DNA from: a virus
Lineage: Duplodnaviria; Caudoviricetes
IMG/VR virus record: IMGVR_UViG_3300048839_000345
Location: 1 to 54,169 of that record
Length of the DNA stretch: 54,169 nucleotides
Strand: one strand, 5' to 3'
A program made the position numbers and the translations under genes. This document shows positions 8,239 to 17,200 of the stretch, piece by piece; the stretch's first letter is position 1, and each line of letters begins with the position of its first letter. The notes beneath the pieces were generated by a model, which did not search any database, was not told the origin of the DNA, and saw only the letters and a program-made list of their open reading frames with translations.

Positions 8239-11200
8239 ATGGCTGACGGTACCGATCCGGTCTCTCTGGAAGAACAGCGCAGGCAGGCGGCTGACCGTCT
8301 ATTCGCTCAGGAAATGGCCGACGAAGACCAGCGCAAGGCATTCCGTCAGCAGTCCTGGGACATGACGCAGCCGCCGCCGGATCAGGCGGGTGAGGCGTTG
8401 CAACTTGGAAACAAGTTCGGCGTGCCGCGCAAGGCGGTGGAAGCCGACCCCGATTATTGGAAGCGCCGCGATCAGGAGGCGCGCCGGAAGCTGCTCATGG
8501 AAGCCAGCCCGCGCACGATGGCGTGGCTCGATGACGAAGACAATTACGCTGTTGCCAAGGATGACGTGGACATCCTGAGCCAGATCGAATCGACGTTCTC
8601 GAAGATCGGCTATGCAGCGAAGGGCGGTTTCCAGCGGTTCGCGGCTGTTGGCGTTGCTGGTGAGCGCCAGGCGATGGGCGAGACGATGGAGTTCTATCGC
8701 CAGCGCGATGAATGGGAGGCCCGTCAGGAGCGCCGCAAGAAGCTGGGACAGGATGCTCCGCGTGGCTGGCGCACCGTTCGGGTGCCTGATGTTGGCACGA
8801 TCTCCGGGTTCGACGTTCCTATCTCCTACGGCAATCTCGACACCGCACCTGTTGCGTCCGGCATTGTCCGCGAGGAAGTGCGCAAGGCGCTGCCAGAGAG
8901 CATGCGGCCCATGTTCGCGTCACAGGTCGGGATTGATGACGCCAAGGCCGTGCGCGGCGTGCTGGAGCGCCGCATGGCCACAGTCGATGCGCGCGCCCGG
9001 GCGAAGGTTGAGGAGTTCACCGAGACGCTGGAGAAGGCGCAGACCGGCAATTATGTCGCTGATGGCCTGCTGTCGGGTGTCACGTCTCTGACCGAGATGG
9101 CACCGTCGATGGCGGCCTTCTTCGCTCTGCGCGGGCGGGGCGGGGCGACGGTCGCGTCTGGCGCGATGGGCGTACAGGTTGCTGGCGCCGAGTATCTTGA
9201 GGGCATCTACAACCTGAACCTGAGCGAGCGTGACGCCAGTGATCGGGCCTTGCTGCAGGCCGGCGTGGAGATCGTCACGGAGCGGATCAGCCTTGGTTAT
9301 CTCGATGAATTGCTGAAGTCTGATCGTGGCTTCGTCAGCAAGCTGGCCCTCAGCATGGGGCAGGAACAAATCCAGGAACAGTTTGCGACGCTGGGCAACC
9401 GCCTTGTCGATATTCCGTATGTCGATCAGGACATGACTATCGGGCGCTTCGTCGAGGAGACCCCTTATTACGCAGGCCAGACGGCGCTGGCCACGCTTGT
9501 CGCCTCTGGCATCACCAACACCACCCTCATCGGCCTCGACACCGCCGTGCGCGACATGGTCGAGCGCTCGCTCCTGTCCCAGCCCTCGGCAGGGGACGCT
9601 GCGATCGACGCTGTCCTGAAGAAGGCGAAGGAAAGCCGCCTCGGCAAGCGCAGCCCTGAGAAGCTGAAGGATGTGCTGGACCGCCAGGCTGCGGGCACGG
9701 GCGTCGAGACGGTCACTGTGGACCTGGACGAACTGGCTCAGACGCTGAAGGCAAAAGGCGTCGAGCTATCCGATGCGCTTGATGGTCTCGGTGTGCCGCG
9801 TGATGAGCTGCAGCAGAAATGGGAGAACTTCGGCGAGATCGAGGTCAAGTTGTCCGACCTTGCCACGAGCGACCTGATGCGTCTGCACGGCGCCGAGACG
9901 CAGGCCAATACGCGCCGCAATGACGATCCGTATACGCCAGCCCGCAAAGAGAAGATGCGGGCCGCTCTTGATCCGGAGATGCGCGAGACTGCAAAGCGTA
10001 TTTATGACGACCTGCAGAACGGCGCTGACATGGCCGAGAAGGAGCAGCAGGTTGCGGACCGTGTTCGCCAACGCATCCGCGGCGCAGGCATCCTCGCCGA
10101 GCGCGAGCAGGAGAATGCCAGCGTGGCGATCCAGACCGCGATGGTCACGACCCTGGCGCGCCGCGTTGGCGCCGATCCGCTGGAGTTCTTCGACCAGCAC
10201 TACCCGCGCATTCAGGGCAGCATTGACGGGATGGTGGCTGAGGAGGGGGCGCTGGAATCATCAGCCAGTCCGTCGAACAAAGAAGCCCGTCTCGCGTTTT
10301 TTGAGGCTATGCCGGAGGTTCTTGAAAGCGCGCGCAGGCATTCCGAGAAGATTCGTGGGAATGCCGATTCTGTAGACGCCGACCTATCCAATCCAGGGTT
10401 TCTTGAGCGTCAGTATCTGGAAGACCTGAACCGCAAAAAAAACGAGCTAAACGAAAAGGCTCAGGATGCCAATCAGGCTGGTGATGCGGTTGCCTATGAG
10501 GCGTTCGCGGATCAAGCTGATGAGGTCCGCCAGCAAATTAAGGCAGAGGAAGCGCGTCAGAAGCAGGCTGTTAAGCGTGCGATGGAGGAGGGGGCGCTGG
10601 AGTCCGGCGCTACATCAATCGTCGCAAGAGGTGAGTACAGCCGAGGACTTGGCGCGTTCTCGGTAGAGATCGTACCGGAACAACGGGCAGATGGCTCATA
10701 TGTTTTAACGCGCAAAATTACTGACGAAAGCGGAGAGAGGCAGGAATACTTTAGCAAAGACGGTTCGTGGCAAAGCGGCCGCCCATCAACTGTGGTGTTT
10801 GGTGCTAACATTGGGCAAATCACCGAAGGGCCTGAAGTTTTCCCTGATATCTCAAGCGCTCTGCAAATGGGCCGTGATGCTGGATTGCCAGAGGGCGCCT
10901 CTATTGTCTCGGGCAACGTGGCGGCAGGCGACCTGCTCGCTCAAGAAATCACCATGCCCGACCTTGACAACAAGGACGAGGTGGAGGCGGCGCTGAACGA
11001 TCCGGAGACGGATGTGCTGCCGCTGACCGAGGGTATGCAAATCCTGGAGCTTGACGAGTTCATTGCGTTCCACGGCACGACCGCGAAGTTCGACCAGTTC
11101 AAGAGCGACAAGATCGGCGCGGGCGAAGGGGCGCAGGCGTTCGGCCCGGGGCACTATTTCACTCAGAGCGCTGGCGTGGCGAACTGGTATCGCAAGCGGA

Positions 11201-14200
11201 TGAAGAAGCTGTCGCCCGGTATCAAGCTGGGCAAGGAGTCGTTCAACAAGGCGAACCCTGCGCACTTTGCGTTGGCTGAGTATTGGAAGTACCGGGACAA
11301 GTTTCTGCACCACGACTTGTTCGGCGGGTATAGGTCTCTGGCTTCAGACATGACGCACTCCGGCGCGCTGGAGCGGGCAATCTTTTCGCTTCAGTATGAG
11401 ATCGACCAGATTGAGTCACCCTTCTTGTATCCGGGCCGCGCTGCTTCCGAATATGCGGCTGCGGATCGTCCAGTCATCCGCGACAGAAAGGAGCTTGCTG
11501 CGTTCCTGAAGCAAGGGCTGTCCTACCTCAAGACACTGGACCCTAAATCTTCCAAAGGCATCCCAAAGCCGCGCAAGCCCACCATTCGCGGTGGCGGCAA
11601 CATTTACACCGTTGCGGTCAAGCTGCCCGCCGAGGCAACGATCCAATATGACAAACCGTTTGGCCAGCAGCCCGCCGCTGTGCAGAAGGCGTTCCGCGAG
11701 GCTGCAGAAGCCGGGACGCTCGGTGAGGTGGCCGACCTGATTGCGAAGTATGGCGCGGCGACCCGAATGGGGCCGCTGGTTGCTGCGCTCAAGAAAAGCG
11801 ACACGCCCGCCATGGAGATCATGCGCAGAAACGGCGTGCGCGGCGTGCGGTATCTCGACGGCATGTCGCGCGGCAAGCGGAACCCGGCGAACCAGACGTT
11901 CAACTATGTCGTGTTCAATGACGGCGACGTCAAGGTTCTCGATCGCAAGGGCCTGCTGTTCCAGGAGTTGGACCAACAGCGCCGAGGCCAGTTCTCACCG
12001 AGCCGCAATATCATCACCATGTTCGAGGCGGCCGATGTCACGACCCTGATGCACGAGGGCGCGCACTGGTATCTGGCTGAGATCGAGCGGATGGCAATGG
12101 CGGAGAACGCGCACCCGTTCGTGACCGAGCAGTGGGAGGCAGTGAAGAAGTGGGGCAAGGTCGGCCCTGACTTCCGGATGTACGACGATATGGGCCGCGT
12201 CACGCCAGAGGGCCGCGAGCTTCAGGAAGCCTTCGCCGAGACGTTCGAGGTCTACCTCCAGACCGGCAAGGCGCCGGTGCCGTCGCTGCGCGAGGCGTTC
12301 CGCGCGTTCAAGCAGTGGATCACGGCGCTGTGGCGCGACATCCGTACCGGGAAGATCAGGCTGCCGGAGCGGGCGAACCTGTCGCCCGAGATCACGCGCG
12401 TCATGGACCGCATGCTGGCCGTAGACGAAGAGATCGAGAGCCAGACCGCTGAGGTGGTCACCAAGGCCGAGGCAATGGCGAACGACCTCTATGACCGGGG
12501 CATCATCACCAAGCGCCAGCGCGATGCGGCGATCATGAACCTGGAGCAGGCCCGCGAGGCTGCCAAGGAAGATCTGATGGCGCAGATCATGCAGGCCGAG
12601 ATGCGCGTGCGTGAGGCCCAGCTGAGCGCCGAGCAGCGCCGCATCAAGGGCGACGTGACGCGGGAGTATGACCGCTCCGCTGTCGGCCGCGCGGTGTCGT
12701 GGCTGGGGTATGGTACGTGGAAGGGGGATGTGCCTGTTTCGGAGACGGAGGGGCTGGATAGCGAGGTGGAGTTTTATCAATCCATCCGCACCGCCACCCG
12801 CATGCCGATGGAAGACATCTACGCCTGGGTCGTCAATAACGTCGATAGCAAGATCCAACAGTTCTCCAGCGGCGACGAAGGCACGATGATGTCGTGGCGC
12901 CTGAGCGATGCGCCGGACGCGCCGCGCGTGCTGCTGTCCATTCGCCTGAGCCGCAAGGGCCGGGCCGATGTGAACCTGTTCCTCAACAACAAGATGGCCG
13001 ACGCGCTCGACGAGATTAGCGACCCGGTCGAGCGCTCCCGCATCGCGACTGAAATGTTCAGCCAGGCCATCATGGTGATGCGCCAGTATTCGGCCGAGAC
13101 GCCGGACCTGAAGGCGTTCAACTTCATTGCGGCCGAGAACGAGAAGGCGGGCCGCAAGGCCAAGAGCCGCGAGGAACTGTACCGGTTCATGCTTTCAACT
13201 ATGCGCATGGACGGGTATACTGCATATGAGATCGGCAGCCAGACCAGCGTGGTGCGGCAGGCTGACGGCGTGAAATCTGCAGACCCGCTATTTGACGGCG
13301 CCGGGTTTGTGATGATCCGGGATGGAGTGGATGTCGATGAGTTCGCCAGAAATGAGATACTTCGCGGCTCTCAGAGCGGGGGAGACGCCGGAGAAGTCGT
13401 CACGGCCCTCACCGCCGTCCGCCTCTCTCGTCCCGCCCGTGGAGGAATGGACCGAGGACGACTGGAAGCTGGCCGAGCTGATCCTGGCGGCGCTGTAGAC
13501 GATACGCTGGGGCAGTCGCCCTTAACGCCAGAGAATTACAAGCCAGTTGAAGAAATTGCGTCTGTAGACGACTCCTTCGCTTTTGCTCGCAGCCAGCCGT
13601 TTGCGACTAACAGAGAACTGAAGGTGGAGATGCAGCGCCGCGTCGAAAGTGCGGCTGAAGACAACAACGCCGATCTTTCCGACGAAGATTATCTTGTTCG
13701 CATGACAGAGCGCGACGCGCGTTCTGCGCTGATCGGCAATGCCAATGCCGTCGGCTGGTACGATGAGAAGGTGCGCAAGTCGATCACTGCACTAACCTTG
13801 CTCCACCCCGAACTCGAGACGGACGCCGAGGCGCGGTTCGCGTTTACGTGGGCGCTGGCTGTTACGTCAAACGGCTTGAAGGTCGATAAGAACTTCGAGC
13901 TGGCGGAGACGGTTTATTCAGCATGGAAAGCTTCCTCTGCTGATGGCGCCTCGCGCCGCATGCCGACCAATGTGGGGATTGGACAAGCTGCTGGCGCGAT
14001 CAACAAGTCGCTTGGCCTTTATAACACGCTTGTTGAAAAACACGGCGTGCAGGTCGTTCTTGAGTTTATGACAGCCCGTCAGACGGTGAAGCAGGTTCAG
14101 GATTTCACAGGCGAGAACGTCTCAGGCGAGAACCTGACGACAGAGGTCTTTGGCGCTGCGGCGCTTGGCCCCAAGATTGGCAACGGGTTCTTTATGAACC

Positions 14201-17200
14201 TCTATGGCGAGTTCGGGCAGCTGACCATGGACCGCTGGCTGATGAGAACCTGGGGCCGGTGGAACGCCACCCTGATCACGGACTATAGCAGGCAGGCGCG
14301 CGAAAGCCGGAAGAAGCTGGGAGCCCTCCTGAAGCTTCTCTCCAACGAAGACAAGCGTGCCCTCGAAAAGATCATCCGCCGACCGATCAAGCTGCGCGAA
14401 ATCGACGAGGTCGGTCTTGCCATTCAGAGGGCGAGCCAGAAGCCTGCTTTGCGCGAAAAGATGAACGAACTGGGCTGGTTTGGTAACGACGAACCATCAG
14501 AGATAACTGATATTCTTGGTCCTTTCCCCAAGGGCAAGCCCCGCAAATCAGTCGGCGCCGAGGTCCGCAAGCGCGGGAACGCGCTCGCCAAGTATCTCGA
14601 CGGCCAAAAAGAGCAGCCGTCTGGCCCACCCGAACGCGCCAAGATCCGCGCTGTTTTTGCGCGTGCGCTTGATAACCTGAAAAACGATTTCCCTACCCTG
14701 ACAATGGCTGACTTGCAGGCGCTGCTGTGGTATCCTGAGAAACGCCTCTATGACACAGCCAAGGCCAAAGAGGGCGAGGAGACCGAAGGTTATGAAGACG
14801 ACGAAGCCCCCGACTACGCCAACGCAGCGCGCAACCTCGTCGTCTCCAAAGGCGTCTCCGAAGCCAGCGTCCGAGACGCCTATGCCCGAATCGATGCCGA
14901 CGTACAGGCCGCTCGACGAGCAGGACGAGTGGAACGAGGAGGCCAGGGACGAAGCGGAGATGGCAGCCTTGGAACTCAAGATGGCGCGCTCCAAGACGAC
15001 ACCCTAGGCCAAGAAGCCGCCCCCACCTTTTACTCCGCCCTCGGGCGTTTCATCGCATCCTCCAACACCGCCCGCGCGCCTGCTGCGCAGTGGAAAGGCA
15101 TGATCTCCAACGCGCCCGGCGTGAAGGCCGAGGAGGTCGAGTGGACCGGCGTGATGGACTGGCTCGACGCGAGCGAGGGGCCGGTGACACGCGAGGCTTT
15201 GGCTGCGTTCGTTGAGGCGAATGGGGTGCGGGTGGAGGAGGTGAGCAAGGGCGGGGCTGGTGCCGCGCCGGCGTTCCAGATTGATGGCGAGTTTAACGTT
15301 CCTGCTATTCGTGACGCCATTGGTCGTGCGCTCCGCGATGGCGCAACGGATTACGGCGATCTTCAAATGAACCTTGAAAACGATGGCGACTTTTACCGCT
15401 ACATGGAGCGCTCTTATCCTGAGTATTTTGAGGAAGATGAAGCAGATTCCGGACGCCTTGCCGAGCGCGTGCTTGAGGACGCCGAAGTCAACTTTGGCGC
15501 GGCCACTAAATTTGAATCTTATGTTCTGCCTGGCGGGACAGGGTATACTGAACTGCTGCTGACAATACCAAAAGTGCGCGGTCCAGAGACGCACTGGGAT
15601 GAAGATAGCGTTGTTGCGCATACTCGCTTCAAGGAGCGCACTGGCCCGAACGGCGAGCGTGTTCTGGCGCTGGAGGAGATCCAATCGGATTGGCACCAAC
15701 AGGGGCGTGAGGATGGCTATGAGCAGACTGTTGATCCCCAAGTGGCGGAGGACGCAAGAGCGGCATTTGAAAAGGCGCGCATTGAACGCAATGCAGCTGA
15801 TAAAGCCATACTCGACTTCATTGCCGAAATGGAAAAGCCAGACTTGCGGACCCTCTTCGAGGCGATCTACTGGGGATCCAGCCGAGACAGCGCATTTTTC
15901 GATGATCTGGTTGAGTCCGTATACGCCACAGCAGATTTCAGAAACCTGACCGAACAGCAACAGCAATTGATTCGCCGACGCGGACTGCAAGAATTGCGCA
16001 TGAATTACACTGGCTTCTCGAAAGAAGCCCGCGCTCAGATTTCTGAGCTTGGCGCAAATTTTGATGCAGCGCAGTTGCGTTTCACGGAAGCCGACACTGC
16101 CTATATGAATGCGGCCTATCCGGGAGGCGTCCCCAACGCCCCCTTCAAAAACAACGCATGGGCCAACCTCGTCCTTAAGCGGATGATCCGGTACGCAGCG
16201 GAGAACGGCTTCGACGCGGTGGCGTGGATACCGGGCAATGTGCAGAATGGCCAGATCGTCGAGGACACAGGCGACAATCGCGGCGACTTCTACGACAAGA
16301 TCGTGCCGAACCTGGCGAGCAAGCTGGGGAAGAAGTATGGGGCAAAGGTGGGGCGGATGCCGCTCGACGCTGCCACACGGGACGAAGGCAATCGCCGCCT
16401 TGGCTATGAAGTCGTTGACGAAAACGGCGACCAGTACGATTCCTTCGATACCATTCAGGCTGCGCAGCAAGCCGCTGAGGATGCTGGCCCCGGCTATGCT
16501 GTGCGCGGTCTGGGCGCGCCGCCGGTCATGTTCCACTCCCTCCCCATCACCCCCGAACTCGCCGCCGCCGCGATGACCGAAGGCTTCCCATTGTTCCAGC
16601 GCGGCGACCCCAAAGGCTGGGGCGAAACAGCCCCGCCGCCAGACCTGCCGCCCATGCGCCTCGACCTTGAGGCAGTGCGCGAACTCTATGGTGAGGACGC
16701 TGTCCGCCGCCTGCCCAAGCCGATCCGCGACCGCTCCCGCGACAAGACCAGCATCGACGGCATGATGGACATCATCCGCGCGAACGTGAAGACGTTGAAG
16801 CGCAAGCCGCCCATGACGCTGTTCCAGTACATCCGGTCCCGCAAGGCGCGTACCGTGGCGGGCCAGACCGTGCCGATCAAGAAGTGGGGCATCAAGGGCG
16901 CGGCTGACGAACTAAAAGCCATGAACCGCGAAGACCTGATCAACGAAACGAACGGCATTCATATCGACTATGTCCGCGAGTCGGCGGCCGAGGCGGGCTA
17001 CCTGCCAGAGGACGCCACGCTCAACGACTTCCTGAACGCCATCGATCGTGAGGCGCGGGGCGAGCCGGTCTACAGCCGGTTTGACCAGAAGGAAGTCGAG
17101 GACCAGCGCTTCGCCAAGGAGTGGGCTGACTGGCTGGACAGTCAGGGCGTGGACATGTTCGAGGCGAACCAGAAGAAGCTGAAGGCTGAAATCGCCAAGA

